From contig CAVRAW010000004.1 in NCBI GenBank assembly GCA_963719205.1, positions 17,765 through 81,764 on the forward strand: a stretch of DNA of 64,000 bases, given 5' to 3'. A program made the position numbers and the translations under genes. Source of the stretch: Pirellulales bacterium. GTDB taxonomy: Bacteria > Planctomycetota > Planctomycetia > Pirellulales > JADZDJ01. Below the pieces are notes generated by a model. It ran no database searches and had not been told where the DNA came from. It saw nothing but the letters and a program-made list of their open reading frames with translations. The number at the start of each line of letters is the position of its first letter. Position 1 is the first letter of the stretch. Positions 34,596-45,873 of this stretch are shown here, in pieces.

Positions 34596-34735
34596 AACCG
34601 CAGAGACGCAGAGGCGCGGAGGCAAGCATTAATAAGGAAACCAGGAAGCCAAGAAATCAAAATCGCTGCCGTCTCTTCCTGGTTTCCTGGCTTCCTTACA
34701 AAAATGCCACTCTGCGTCTCCGCGTCTCAGCGGTT
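34596..34735. repeat. nested inverted repeat built from two 8-bp arrays; probable bidirectional terminator
   Basis: Outer arms 34596-34621/34710-34735, inner arms 34633-34655/34676-34698. Confidence 0.85.
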
Positions 34736-37700
34736 AGTCTGCCCGTTGGTCGTCCGAGGAAGGCGCGAACCCGCGGCGCAGCGTGTTCTCGGTAATCGTC
34801 CGCGGCAGGACGAACTGCAGCAAATAATCCGGCCCGCCTGCCTTGGTGCCGATGCCCGATAGTTTGAATCCGCCGAAGGGCTGCCGGCCGACCAGTGCAC
34901 CGGTGATGGCGCGGTTCAGATACAGATTGCCGACCATCATTTCGCGGCACGCCCGATCCAAATGCGCCGGGCTGCGTGAAAAAATCCCGCCGGTCAGCGC
35001 GTAATCCGTGCTGTTGGTGATCCGAATCGCTTCGCTCAGATCGCCCGCGCGAATCACCGCCAACACCGGCCCAAAAATCTCCTCCTGCGCCAGCCGGCTC
35101 TCCGGCTTCACGTCGGCAAAAATGTGCGGTCCGACAAAAAATCCCTGCTGCGCAACCGGTCCCACGTCCACCGCCAACACCTCGCGGGCTTCCTTGCGCC
35201 CAACTGAATGTACTGCTGAATCCGCCGCAGACTCTCCGCGTCGATCACCGGCCCGACGCTGGTCGCGGGATCGTCCGCCGGCCCCACTTTCAAACTGCGC
35301 GTCGCTTCCACCAGCCGCTTCACAAAGGCGTCGTAAATCGACGACAGCACGATCGCCCGCGAACAGGCGGAGCATTTTTGCCCCTGATAGCCGAAAGCAC
35401 TGCGCACCACGCCCAGCACCGCTTCATCCAGATCGGCGTCGTCATCGACGATGATCGCGTTTTTGCCCCCCATCTCGCAGATCACGTGCTTCACATAACC
35501 AATGCCCCTTGGCCGAAACCTCCGCCGCCTTGGCATTGATGGCCAACCCCACTGCGCGAACCGGTGAAAGCGATCAAAGCCACGTCCGGATGTTCCACAA
35601 GCGCCGCCCCAATCACCTCCCCTTGCCCCGGCAGATATTGCAACACGCCAGCCGGCAAATCGATTTCGCGGAAAATCTCCATCAGCTTGGCGGCGATCAC
35701 GCTCGATTGCTCCGCCGGCTTCATGATCACGGTATTGCCGGTGGCCAGCGCCGCGGTGGTCATGCCCGTCAAAATCGCCAGCGGAAAATTCCACGGCGAA
35801 ATCACCGCCGTTACCCCGCGCGGCATGTAGATGAACCGATTCTCCTCGCCTGGCACATCCACTTCCTGCGACTGCTCCAGCGCGATCGCGCCGCGGGCAT
35901 AGTATTCGCAAAAGTCGATCGCCTCGCACACGTCCCCATCCGCTTCGCGCCATCCCTTGCCGCATTCGTACACTTCCCAGGCGGCCAGCTCAAACCGCCG
36001 TCGGCGCATTTCTGCCGCAGCTTCCAGCAAAAAATCCGCCCTCCGACGCGCGCCCAGCGAACTCCACTCCGCCAGCGCCTCCTTCGCCGCCGCCACCGCT
36101 GCCGCGGCATGCTGCGTTTCCGCCTTCGCCACCGTTCCCACCGCTTCCGATAGATCCGAGGGATTCCGTGAAATAATCTCCGCCCGGGTTTCCACATCCT
36201 CGCCATGGATGACCAGCGGATACGACCGCCCAAGCTGCCCTCGAACTTCCTGCAGTGCCTCGCGCATCGCTTTCCGATTCCGCTCGATGGCAAAATCGGT
36301 CGGCGGCTCGTTGCGAAACGGCGGCAAATCGCCCCCCAGCGCCGGATGCTTGATATGAATCGGCGATTCCTCTGCCGCCGGCTCGCTGGCCCGCCTGCCG
36401 CGCAACGCATCAGGATGTTCTACGGGATTCATCAACAATGCCTCCGGAGCCACCTGCTCGGTAAAGCTCGCTCGCAAAAACGAATCGTTCGAAGTATTTT
36501 CCAACAGCCGCCGCACCAAATACGCCATGCCGGGAATCAACTCGCCGTACGGCATGTAAATCCGCAGCCGGTAGCCGGCATCCACAATGGCCTGCTTCTC
36601 CGCGTCGGCCATGCCGTAGAGCATCTGCAACTCGAAAGCTTCGCGAGCCAGCCCCAAATGCTGCGCCACCGCAATGCCGTGCGCCAGCGAGCGCACATTG
36701 TGGCTCCCCAGCGCCGGCCGCAAATGCTCGTGATTGAGCATCACAAACCGCGTGGCCCTCTCGAAACTGGCATCCGACTGCCACTTCTCCTGGAAAACCG
36801 GGATCGGCCAACCGGTGGCGCGGGCGTGCACCGTTTCGTAATCCCAGTACGCTCCTTTCACCAGCCGCACCCACACCGGCGTGCCCCGTCGCCGAGCCCA
36901 ATCGCGCAGCCGAATCAAATCCGCCTCGGCATCGTGCAGATAGCACTGAATCACGATGCCCACGTCGGCCAAACCGCGAAACTCATCTTCCATGAGAACA
37001 TTTTGGAACACATACAGCGTGAGATCCTTGATCCGATATGATTCCATATCCACGTGCACGTGCGCCCGCTGTCGCTTCGCCGCCCGCAAAATCGGCCGCA
37101 GCCGCTCCGCCACCCGCCGCAGACTCCCCTCAGGGTCGATGGGGTCGAACTGGCTATCCAACGCCGACAATTTGATCGACACATTCACCCGCGGCATCGG
37201 CCCATGCTCGTCCCGATCGATCTGCGGCACTTCCGGCCAGGCATTCACCGTCGGCCCCAAATTCTCAATCAAATCGATGTATTGCCGCTGCCAGGAATCC
37301 GCCTCCGCTTCACTGGTGACCGCTTCCCCCAGCACGTCCAGCGTGAACACCCGCCGCTGCCGCCGCTGGTGCAGCGCCGCGGCCAGCACTTCCTTGGCGT
37401 CGGTGCCGGCGATGAACCGCCGGGCATGCGCCATCGCATTCCGCCGTGCAATGGCGGCCAACCCGCGCCGGCCCAGCGAAGTCGGATTCGCCACCGCCAA
37501 TCCAAACCGCGCGGCCGATGGCAATCGATCCCCCACGTCGCATAAATATTCTTCCAGATGCCGCGCAACTGCGTCGGCGTCCTTGAGCATCGGCAGCACG
37601 TCGATAAAGCGAAACAACTGGACCTTGATCGCCTCATCGTGCATTGCCCAGGCCATGATCCGATCATCCCACCAGCGCCGCTCCCAGGGGCTCGGTCCGC

Positions 37701-37811
37701 TGGTGTTCAGATGCTCAAACAGATACGCCCAATCTCCTGCGTGCCGCGCTCGACCGCCGCCAGATCGTGGGGCGAGAAATCCTCGGCGGCGTGTAGCGGC
37801 GCAGTAGCCAT
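34734..37811 (-). CDS. putA: bifunctional proline dehydrogenase / P5C dehydrogenase; indels
   Basis: SIKLSAL, RLVKGAYWD, FELQMLYGM, YLVRRLLEN, SPWNFPLAI, CEMGGKN, GQKCSAC, EEIFGP, QPFGGFKLSG. Confidence 0.95.
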
Positions 37812-37942
37812 AGAATGCTCTAAAGCATTCTACGTCGCCCCGAAAAATTGGCGAAGGTGAGTAGGAGCGCGCGAAATCGTGCAATGACCAACGGGTGGCA
37901 CGTCCTGGGTCCGCGAAGGGCGTGGGGAGACGCTGGCTCCAA

Positions 37943-38959
37943 CTAATCCACTACCCATGTGTCGCCCGCATTGAACAGCGCTTCTAGATTCCCCGGCCGC
38001 TTGGCCTTGGCTTCTTCAATCTGCGAGTTCAATCGCTCTTCATAGCGCGGACGATCCACAGCCCGAAACACGCCGATCGGAGTCGGGAACTCCGGATTTC
38101 GCATGCGGCTCAGTAGATATGCCAGGCTCGGCTCCTGCAGCTTCTCGTCGTGGAACAGCAGATCGTCTTCCTTGACGCCTTTACCCAACTCCACCACTTC
38201 CAACTGCATGCCGCTTTGCCGGACGCCCTTGTCGCGATTCTTACCAAAGATCAGCGGCTTGCCATGTTCGATTTCCACCACGCTATCCAATTTGGTGTCG
38301 CGGTTGGTGGCCCATTCAAACGCCCCGTCGTTGAACACATTGCAATTCTGATAGACCTCGACGAACGAGGTGCCCCTGTGCTCGGCAGCTCGCTTCAGCA
38401 CGGCCGTCAGGTGCTTCGTGTGCACGTCGATCGATCGCGCCACAAAAGTCGCCTCGCAACCGATCGCCACCGAAATCGGATGAATCGGGTTATCGACCGA
38501 GCCGACCGGCGTGCTCTTGGTCACTTTGCCCAGTGGCGAAGTCGGGGAGTACTGCCCCTTTGTCAGGCCGTAAATCTGGTTGTTGAACAGCACGATGTTG
38601 ATGTCGAGATTCCGCCGGATGGCGTGCATCAAGTGATTACCCCCGATCGAGAGCCCGTCGCCGTCGCCGGTGATCACCCACACCGAAAGATCGGGCCGCG
38701 CCGCTTTCAAACCGGTCGCTACCGCCGGCGCCCGGCCGTGGATCGAGTGCATCCCGTACGTGTTCACATAATACGGAAAGCGGCTGGAGCAGCCGATGCC
38801 CGAAATGAACACCGTGTTTTCCGGCGCTACGCCCAAGGTGGGCAGCACCTTTTTCATCTGGGCCAAAATCGAATAATCGCCGCAGCCCGGGCACCAGCGC
38901 ACATCTTGATCGCTGGTGAAATCCTGGGGAGTAAGTACGGGAAGCGTGCCGGTGGACAT
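37943..38959 (-). CDS. korB: 2-oxoacid:ferredoxin oxidoreductase beta subunit
   Basis: WCPGCGD, SGIGCSSR, GDGD..SIGGNH, YGLTKGQYSPT. Confidence 0.94.
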   Translation of the reverse strand: MSTGTLPVLTPQDFTSDQDVRWCPGCGDYSILAQMKKVLPTLGVAPENTVFISGIGCSSRFPYYVNTYGMHSIHGRAPAVATGLKAARPDLSVWVITGDGDGLSIGGNHLMHAIRRNLDINIVLFNNQIYGLTKGQYSPTSPLGKVTKSTPVGSVDNPIHPISVAIGCEATFVARSIDVHTKHLTAVLKRAAEHRGTSFVEVYQNCNVFNDGAFEWATNRDTKLDSVVEIEHGKPLIFGKNRDKGVRQSGMQLEVVELGKGVKEDDLLFHDEKLQEPSLAYLLSRMRNPEFPTPIGVFRAVDRPRYEERLNSQIEEAKAKRPGNLEALFNAGDTWVVD

Positions 38960-39025
38960 GTTGGGGAGTTTCGGGTTTCGAGTTGCGCGATTTCGGGGTG
39001 AGGCTTCGAGTCTCGTCTTAGGAGT

Positions 39026-40909
39026 CTACTTCAACATCGTTTCGATCTTGTGCACCAATTCGGACACCGTAAACGGCTTGCCCTGCACTTTATTGTATCC
39101 GACCGCGTCGACGAGGAATTGTCCACGGATCAACAGCCGCAATTGGCCCAGGTTCAGTTCGGGGATCAGCACTTTTTCGTACCGCTTGAGCACGTCCCCC
39201 AAATTGCCTGGGAACGGATTCAAATGCCGCAGGTGGGCGTGGGCCACCGACCCGCCGCGCGATTGCACCTGGCCGACCGCCGTCGCGCAAGCCCCGTACG
39301 TCCCGCCCCAACTGAGCACCAACACCTTGCCATTCGTCGGGCCATCCACCTCCAGCGGCGGAATATCGCGCACGATGCCGGCCACCTTGGCCGCGCGAAT
39401 GTTGACCATGTGCTGATGGTTATCCGGATCGTAATTCACGTTGCCGGTAATATCTTGCTTTTCCAGGCCGCCCACGCGGTGCATCAACCCCGGCGTGCCC
39501 GGCAAGGCCCACGGCCGAGCCAACCGTTCGTTGCGAGCATAGGGCATGAACGCCTGCCCGCTAACGGCTGGGCCAGGATGTTCTACTTCGATCGGTGTGA
39601 GCTTCGTCGTATCCGGAATCCGCCAAGGTTCCGAACCATTGGCCAGGTAGCCGTCGCTCAATACAAACACGGGTGTCATGTACCGCACCGCGATCTGCCA
39701 CGCTTCTTGCACAATCTCAAAGCAGTCGCCAGGACTGCGGGCCGCCAACACGGGCACGGGGCACTCGCCATTGCGACCGCACATCGCCTGCAGCAAATCG
39801 GCCTGTTCGGTCTTGGTGGGCAGCCCTGTGCTCGGCCCGCCGCGCTGCACGTTGACGATCAGCACCGGCAGCTCGGTCATCACCGCCAGTCCAATCGCTT
39901 CCTGCTTGAGCGCGATGCCCGGCCCGCTGGAGGTGGTCACTGCCATCGCGCCGCCGAATGACGCGCCGATGGCCGAAGTCATGGCGGCGATCTCGTCCTC
40001 GGCCTGGAAGGTGCGCACGCCGAAATTCTTGTAGCGCGTCAGCTCGTGCAAGATGTCGCTGGCCGGCGTGATCGGGTATGAGCCCAAAAACAGCTCGCAA
40101 TTGCTCCGCTGTGCCGCGGCCATCAGGCCCCACGCCAACGCCTGATTGCCGGTAATGCTCCGATAGGTGCCCGGCGGCAGCTTCGCTTTAGGCACTGTGT
40201 AATGTGCGGTGAATGCCTCGGTCGTTTCGCCGTAGTTGTAGCCCGCCATCAGGGCTCGGCGATTGGCCTCGGCGATATCGGGCATTTTGCCGAATTTATC
40301 GTCGATGTAGCGTTGCGTCGGCTCCAGCGGCCGATCGTACAGCCAGAACACCAGCCCCATGGCGAAGAAGTTTTTGCAGCGGTCGGCTTCTTTCTGGCTG
40401 AGCCCCAGCTCCTCTACCGCCGCCTTGGTGAGCTTCGTCATTTCGACCGGAAACACCCGGTAGCTCTGCAGGCTGCCGTCGGAGAGCGGATCCTTTGCGT
40501 AGCCCGCCTGCTCCAGCCCCTTGGAGTCGAACGAATCCTTGTTGACGATCAGAATTCCGCCGCGCACCAGGTCGCACAAATTCGTGGTCAGCGCCGCGGG
40601 GTTCATCGCCACCAGCGCATCGACCTGATCGCCCGGCGTAAAAATCTCGTGATTGGCGAAGTGAATCTGAAAACCGCTCACCCCCGCCTTCGTGCCGCGC
40701 GGTGCCCGAATCTCCGCCGGGAAGTCGGGAAACGTGGCCACGTCGTTCCCCATCAACGCCGACGTGTTGGTCAACTGCAAGCCGGCCAACTGCATGCCGT
40801 CCCCCGAGTCGCCGCACAGTCGTACGGTCGCCGCCTCCAAGGACTGCGTGGGCTTTTGCGATTGCGGGGGTGCGCTGACGGGAATCGGCGTCTCGGTGGT
40901 GGTCGCCAT
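39026..40909 (-). CDS. korA: 2-oxoacid:acceptor oxidoreductase alpha subunit
   Basis: [48 protein letters not shown]. Confidence 0.94.
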   Translation of the reverse strand: MATTTETPIPVSAPPQSQKPTQSLEAATVRLCGDSGDGMQLAGLQLTNTSALMGNDVATFPDFPAEIRAPRGTKAGVSGFQIHFANHEIFTPGDQVDALVAMNPAALTTNLCDLVRGGILIVNKDSFDSKGLEQAGYAKDPLSDGSLQSYRVFPVEMTKLTKAAVEELGLSQKEADRCKNFFAMGLVFWLYDRPLEPTQRYIDDKFGKMPDIAEANRRALMAGYNYGETTEAFTAHYTVPKAKLPPGTYRSITGNQALAWGLMAAAQRSNCELFLGSYPITPASDILHELTRYKNFGVRTFQAEDEIAAMTSAIGASFGGAMAVTTSSGPGIALKQEAIGLAVMTELPVLIVNVQRGGPSTGLPTKTEQADLLQAMCGRNGECPVPVLAARSPGDCFEIVQEAWQIAVRYMTPVFVLSDGYLANGSEPWRIPDTTKLTPIEVEHPGPAVSGQAFMPYARNERLARPWALPGTPGLMHRVGGLEKQDITGNVNYDPDNHQHMVNIRAAKVAGIVRDIPPLEVDGPTNGKVLVLSWGGTYGACATAVGQVQSRGGSVAHAHLRHLNPFPGNLGDVLKRYEKVLIPELNLGQLRLLIRGQFLVDAVGYNKVQGKPFTVSELVHKIETMLK

Positions 40910-41271
40910 TTACCAGATTTCCAAACCAGCCGAAGCTGGGAAGTGATTGCGGGTGATGGGTTCGTTACGGGGCCGGTTCTTCCAAGGATCGGCCGGCCCA
41001 CGGTTTAGGGATGATTCAGGGGTGTTAAACAACGAGTTTGCCGGTCCCGCCGCAGGGTGTGTCCCATGTAGCGCGGCCGACATGCCGCCACCGGCGATAC
41101 CCAAGGGTTCGCCTTGTGGCGCGAGATACGGCTTGGCTCGCTGGGCCATGGCCGTGTGCCGCAGGTGTTTCACGTTCACCGTAACCCCCGGATAAGGCAA
41201 CGATCGAAGGCGGGTGTCGCGGCCCAATTTGTGCGCGACCGGCAACCGTCGCTTACCAATTATTACGCTCT

Positions 41272-41292
41272 GTACATTGATTACGAATGTAC
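41272..41292. promoter_or_regulatory. candidate operator upstream of korAB
   Basis: GTACATT-N7-AATGTAC inverted repeat in an AT-rich promoter-like patch. Confidence 0.4.
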
Positions 41293-41458
41293 CATGCACA
41301 CCGGGGGATTGAAAACCGAAAAAAATGACGAGATTTGAGCTTTTTTCGCAAAAATCGGGCCAAAATGCCTTTCGCTTCCGCATCCTCGGCGACGGCAAGA
41401 CAGTTTCACTGGCTGGTGCCGACAAGACGTCGCACAGCGCCTGCCTCGACCGCTAGCG

Positions 41459-42790
41459 TCACGTCATTCGGGCGATCGACTGCTCAATCAGCTCCGGCAG
41501 ATTCTCCAGCCGCCGCAGCTCATCGGCCACCCGCGGATGAGCAAAAATCCGCACCCGTTTCACGTAATCGTCGAACTGCTCGCTGGCCAGCGATTTGACG
41601 ATCGGCGACACCTCCGCCAGCGGCCGATACCGATTTTCCTTCGCGAAGAAGATCTCGACTTCGAATTCGATCTCGCGCTTCACCGGCGGCGCGTCAAACA
41701 GCACTTCATGCGGCGCGACCCGACAGCCCAGCGCGGTGCTGGCCACTGCCGCAAACTGCTCGCCGCACGCCGCCAGCCACTCATAAGGTCGCCGCGCCAA
41801 TTGGTCATAGAGCTCCTGCTGCTGGAAAAAGCTGTACTGCGCCAACCGCTTGTACAGCCGGCGCGTGGAGCCGAACAAGCCGTCGAGCAACTCCGCGGCG
41901 GGCCCCTCGCCGGCCGCTTGCCGCAAACCGTCGACCATCGGCCCGTCCGTCAGGCGAAACAAAGCGTCCAATTCCAGCGACGAATGCAACAGGTAAAACG
42001 CCCGCTGAAACATCGCCGTCGCCGACCGCACCGCGTGATGCCAATACACCTCGCTGAACATGATGTACCGGGCGAAAATCAGCATTTCGGCCGCCGTCTT
42101 GCCCTTATCCGTCAAAGCCAGACCATCCCCGGCCTGGTTCAAGCACAAACTGCCAATCAGTCGCTGCTGATCGAAGTGCCGCCCATAGGGCACCCCGGCA
42201 TGCAGACTGTCGCGCTGCAGATAGTCCATCTTGTCCACGTCGATCGGTCCCGAGAGCAAACTCGAAAGAATGCGGGAGCGAATCTCGCGGGGCCGCTCCG
42301 ACAACAACGCCACGACGTCGCGCGGATTGATGTTCCACTCCTCCCGCAGCACGTCTGCGATCTCACCTTCCAGCAAGAAGCTGTTGGCAAATAGCTCGTG
42401 ATGCGGCACGCTCGGCAACCGCAGGTCTTCAATCGGGTGGCAAAATGGCCAATGCCCCAAATCGTGCAACAGCGCCGCCACCAGGAATAGTTCGGCTTCC
42501 TGCGGCGTAATGGCCGCCGTGAATCGCTCGTCGTCCGCAAGCTGCATCAGATACAAAAGCGCCAGCCGATAAACCCCCAGCGAATGCTCGAACCGCGAGT
42601 GATGCGCCGCCGGGTACACCAGCGACACCAACCCGACCTGGCTGACGTGCGCCAGCCGGCGAAATTCGGGCGTGTCAATCAATTGCCGCACCCGCGCCGT
42701 CAGCGGCACATCCAATTCCGGCGGAATCCGCACCAGCGAGCGGCGAGCGCCAAGGCCCGATAACTCTGGAATATCGCGAAGCGTGGGCAT
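41459..42790 (-). CDS. HD-domain phosphohydrolase (dNTPase/SAMHD1-like family)
   Basis: HSRFEHSLG, LLHDLGHWPFCH, DVDKMDYL.RD, VYWHH. Confidence 0.9.
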   Translation of the reverse strand: MPTLRDIPELSGLGARRSLVRIPPELDVPLTARVRQLIDTPEFRRLAHVSQVGLVSLVYPAAHHSRFEHSLGVYRLALLYLMQLADDERFTAAITPQEAELFLVAALLHDLGHWPFCHPIEDLRLPSVPHHELFANSFLLEGEIADVLREEWNINPRDVVALLSERPREIRSRILSSLLSGPIDVDKMDYLQRDSLHAGVPYGRHFDQQRLIGSLCLNQAGDGLALTDKGKTAAEMLIFARYIMFSEVYWHHAVRSATAMFQRAFYLLHSSLELDALFRLTDGPMVDGLRQAAGEGPAAELLDGLFGSTRRLYKRLAQYSFFQQQELYDQLARRPYEWLAACGEQFAAVASTALGCRVAPHEVLFDAPPVKREIEFEVEIFFAKENRYRPLAEVSPIVKSLASEQFDDYVKRVRIFAHPRVADELRRLENLPELIEQSIARMT

Positions 42791-42792
42791 TG

Positions 42793-42816
42793 TTTAGCCC
42801 CGGCCCTCAGGCCGGG
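42793..42816 (+). repeat. TTTAGCCCCGG REP-like element, variant copy 4
   Basis: tttagc-cccggcc-ctca-ggccggg, with compensatory stem changes. Confidence 0.75.
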
Positions 42817-42819
42817 AAA

Positions 42820-43488
42820 TTACAGCGGCGGCATCCCCATCGTCAGTCGCAGTAGCACGCAAACCACCACATACAAGGCGTAGTGAAAGCACCCGCTCGT
42901 GAAATCCAGATCAAATGTCGAAAGCGCCGTCAGCGCCCCGATCACCAGCGGCGGAATGCCCAAGTACAGCCAGTTGAACATCTCCCTGGTCAACGCCTCC
43001 GGCAGGAAAGCGTGGGCCAGCCAGAGCACCGCGTACACCGCGGAACAAATCCCCGCCCGGATGAATAGCGACCGGCCCCGGTACGGCTCCAGTTCCTGAT
43101 TACGCAAAAACGTGTAACCGCCGACGACCAGCGGCGGCGCCAACAGCACCGCCCCCAGCCCCAGCACCAGCACCGGCGGTTTGTGATCGGTGGACCGACC
43201 GATCACCCAGGCGATCACAAACGCCATCACTGCCGCCCCCAACATGCCCACCACCATCACCGGCTGGACCTTGGTTTCCACCCGGGCCACCGGCTTGAGC
43301 ACCGCCCGGCCTTTGGCATCTTTGCCCCCTTCGGCAAATTGCTCCGGCTCATGAATCTTGACCTGGTCATCCAGCGCCGGAATGTTGATCACGCCCTTGC
43401 ATTTCGGGCAGGGCCCCTGCTTGCCGGCGAATTTTTCGCTGACCTGGAATCGGGCCCGACAGCTCGGGCAGACGACGACAATTGCCAT
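42820..43488 (-). CDS. zinc-ribbon membrane protein
   Basis: CPSC..F.V....AGK...CPKC followed by several TM helices. Confidence 0.82.
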   Translation of the reverse strand: MAIVVVCPSCRARFQVSEKFAGKQGPCPKCKGVINIPALDDQVKIHEPEQFAEGGKDAKGRAVLKPVARVETKVQPVMVVGMLGAAVMAFVIAWVIGRSTDHKPPVLVLGLGAVLLAPPLVVGGYTFLRNQELEPYRGRSLFIRAGICSAVYAVLWLAHAFLPEALTREMFNWLYLGIPPLVIGALTALSTFDLDFTSGCFHYALYVVVCVLLRLTMGMPPL

Positions 43489-43651
43489 AAGAGTTGAAAC
43501 CGCCAGATCAGCACGAGAAAGCGGGCAGCAATCCCTTAGTGTTGGCTTACGGCGGCTGCCAGTCAAGGATTGCAGCGCACCGCGGGTCCGGAAGCTCTGG
43601 CAACCTAAATCCCATGCCATTCGGAGGTTCCAGCCAACCGGCCGAAGCCAG

Positions 43652-43691
43652 TAGACAGGCGGCGAACCGTCTGATATACTTAATACGTATA
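43652..43691 (+). promoter_or_regulatory. promoter and overlapping candidate MarR operator
   Basis: TAGACA-17 nt-TATACT, with a TATAC-N7-GTATA inverted repeat (43675-43691) over the -10. Confidence 0.55.
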
Positions 43692-43699
43692 AACATTAT

Positions 43700-44254
43700 A
43701 TGGAAGTGAACGAAATGCTAAAAACCAACGGTTTCTCCGCCTCGTCCACGGGTAAACTCGGACGCGCCGGCCAGCATCGGGCCAACGGCAAAGCCGCCAA
43801 CGGCGCCCCCATGCTATCCCGCAACGCGGGCACGCAGGACCATCCCCGCCAGCTATCCTCCCTGTTGGTTGCCCTGGCCCGCGGCATGTTTGGCGGGGAC
43901 GACCACATCGCCGAGCTCCCCCTGCGCCAGTTGCGTGTTTGCAGCATCCTCTACGGCGGCGTCAAAACCATGTCGGAATTGAGCCGCCAGCTGGGCGTTT
44001 CCCTCAGCGCCATGACCCAAATCGCCGACCGGCTCGAACGCTCCCACCTCGTAAAGCGCTCCTTTGAAGGTACCGACCGCCGCGTCCGGTGTTTACAATT
44101 AACAGCCCGTGGCCAACGAATCATGCGCCTCCGCGAAGACGCCCGTACCCACCGCGTCTCCCAGGTGCTCCGGCGCTTATCCGCCGGTGAACAAGCCTCG
44201 GTGATCGGCGCTCTGGAAATCCTGTTGCGGGCTTGCGAAGAAACCAAATCGTAA
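43700..44254 (+). CDS. MarR family transcriptional regulator (start uncertain)
   Basis: TMSELSRQLGVSLSAMTQIADRLE...V.R....DRRV..L.LT.RG. Confidence 0.9.
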   Translation: MEVNEMLKTNGFSASSTGKLGRAGQHRANGKAANGAPMLSRNAGTQDHPRQLSSLLVALARGMFGGDDHIAELPLRQLRVCSILYGGVKTMSELSRQLGVSLSAMTQIADRLERSHLVKRSFEGTDRRVRCLQLTARGQRIMRLREDARTHRVSQVLRRLSAGEQASVIGALEILLRACEETKS

Positions 44255-44318
44255 CAAAGCGGCAGCCTGTTTACGCAAGAATCATCGATCGAATCATCCC
44301 TACTTTGACTCCGCTCCC

Positions 44319-45856
44319 ATGAAGAAACTTATTTTCGGATTGATCGCCCTGGGTGTGGTTGCCGGCGGCGCCGCGTTTTATTCGAAATTCCTCGGCGCTT
44401 CGACACCCAATAGCTTTCGCACGGTCCCCGTCAGGCGCGGCGACCTCTCGGTCACCATCGGCGCCACCGGCACGCTGGAGCCGGAAGAAGTGGTCGACGT
44501 CGGCGCACAAGTCGTAGGACCGATCTTGAAATTCGGCATGGATCCTCGCTCCCAGACCGATCCTGCCTTCAAAGACAAGCGGATCGATTACGGTTCGCCC
44601 GTGGAGGAAGGAACCGTCCTGGTGCAAATCGATCCCGCCGTCTACAAGGCCAACCTCGCCCAGTCGCAAGCCTCGCTGCTCCGCGCCAAAAGCGACCTGG
44701 GCCAGCTCGTGGCGCATCGCAACCAGGCCGAAGCGGAATGGAACCGTGCCCAGAAGCTCCGCTCTATCAGCATCAGGAATCTTTCACCGACCGGCGACCG
44801 GCTAGACGCTGCTTCTCAGCCAATCAAGGCCATCTCCGATAGCGACTACGATCTGGCCAAGGCAAACTTCGAAGTCGCCAAATCGAACGTCAACGTCGGG
44901 GAGGCCACCGTGGCCCAGCGCAGGCCGTGCTTAACTTGTCGGAAACCAACCTCGGCTACACCACCATCAAGTCCCCCGTGAAGGGCACCATCATCGATCG
45001 CCGCGTCAACGTCGGGCAAACGGTGGTTTCCAGCTTGAATGCCCCCAGTTTGTTCCTCATCGCCAAAGACCTGCGGCAAATTCAGGTTTGGGCGTCGGTG
45101 AACGAGGCCGATATCGGCCGGCTCAAAGTCGGCATGCCGGTGCGCTTTACTGTCGATGCGTTTCCCAACGATGTCTTCCGTGGAAAGATCGCCCAGATTC
45201 GTTTGAACGCCACGATGACGCAAAACGTCGTGACCTACACCGTCGTGATCGCCACCGAGAATCCCGATCTGAAGCTGCTGCCGTATCTCACGGCGGACGT
45301 GAAGTTTGAAGTCAACGATGAGAAGGACGTCTTGCTGGTGCCCAATGCCGCGCTCCGCTGGCAGCCGAAACCCGAACAAATCGCCCCGGATGTCCGCAAT
45401 GCTGCGGAACCTCCCGCCGGCAGAAAGCACAAACGTGATGAGGCCAAGTCCGGGTTATCCCCAGGTGCCGAAAAAACAGCGCCCGCTTCCGTCGAAAATG
45501 CTTCCGCCAACAACGTTTCCGCGGACAACGCCGCTCCTCGCTCCGGCAATCGCCGCGAAGGCGGAGTCCTGTGGGTTAAGGATGGCGACTATGTCCGGCC
45601 TGTTCGCGTGCAGGTGGGGCTGACCGACAGCATCGACACGCAAGTCAGCGGCGACGAGTTGTCCGACGGAATGCAAGTCGTCATCGGCGAGAACACGGCC
45701 CGCACCAATGCCGAAGTAACTACCAATCCCTTCGCTCCGCAGTTCTTCCGCGGCGGCCGCCGCGGTCAAGCCCAAGGACAAGGCGAGAAGGGAAGCGGCC
45801 AGGGACGCCCCGGAGGCCAAGGACGCCCCGCAGGACAGGGTCAAAAGGGCCCCTAA
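44319..45856 (+). CDS. macA: MacA-like efflux periplasmic adaptor; indel near 44925
   Basis: ATGTLEP...DVGAQV.G, IKSPVKG.II.R.VNVGQTVVSSLNAPSLF, VNEADIG, LLVPNAALR. Confidence 0.88.
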
Positions 45857-45873
45857 ACGCCCAAGGATGCACC

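Noticed and set aside
40910-41425. 171-aa minus-strand ORF upstream of korA
   Set aside because: No motif or SD, and it runs across a promoter-like AT-rich patch. More likely a non-coding leader.
41459-42790. HD-domain dNTPase as an antiphage defence system
   Set aside because: Host-like composition, housekeeping context and no defence-island neighbours.
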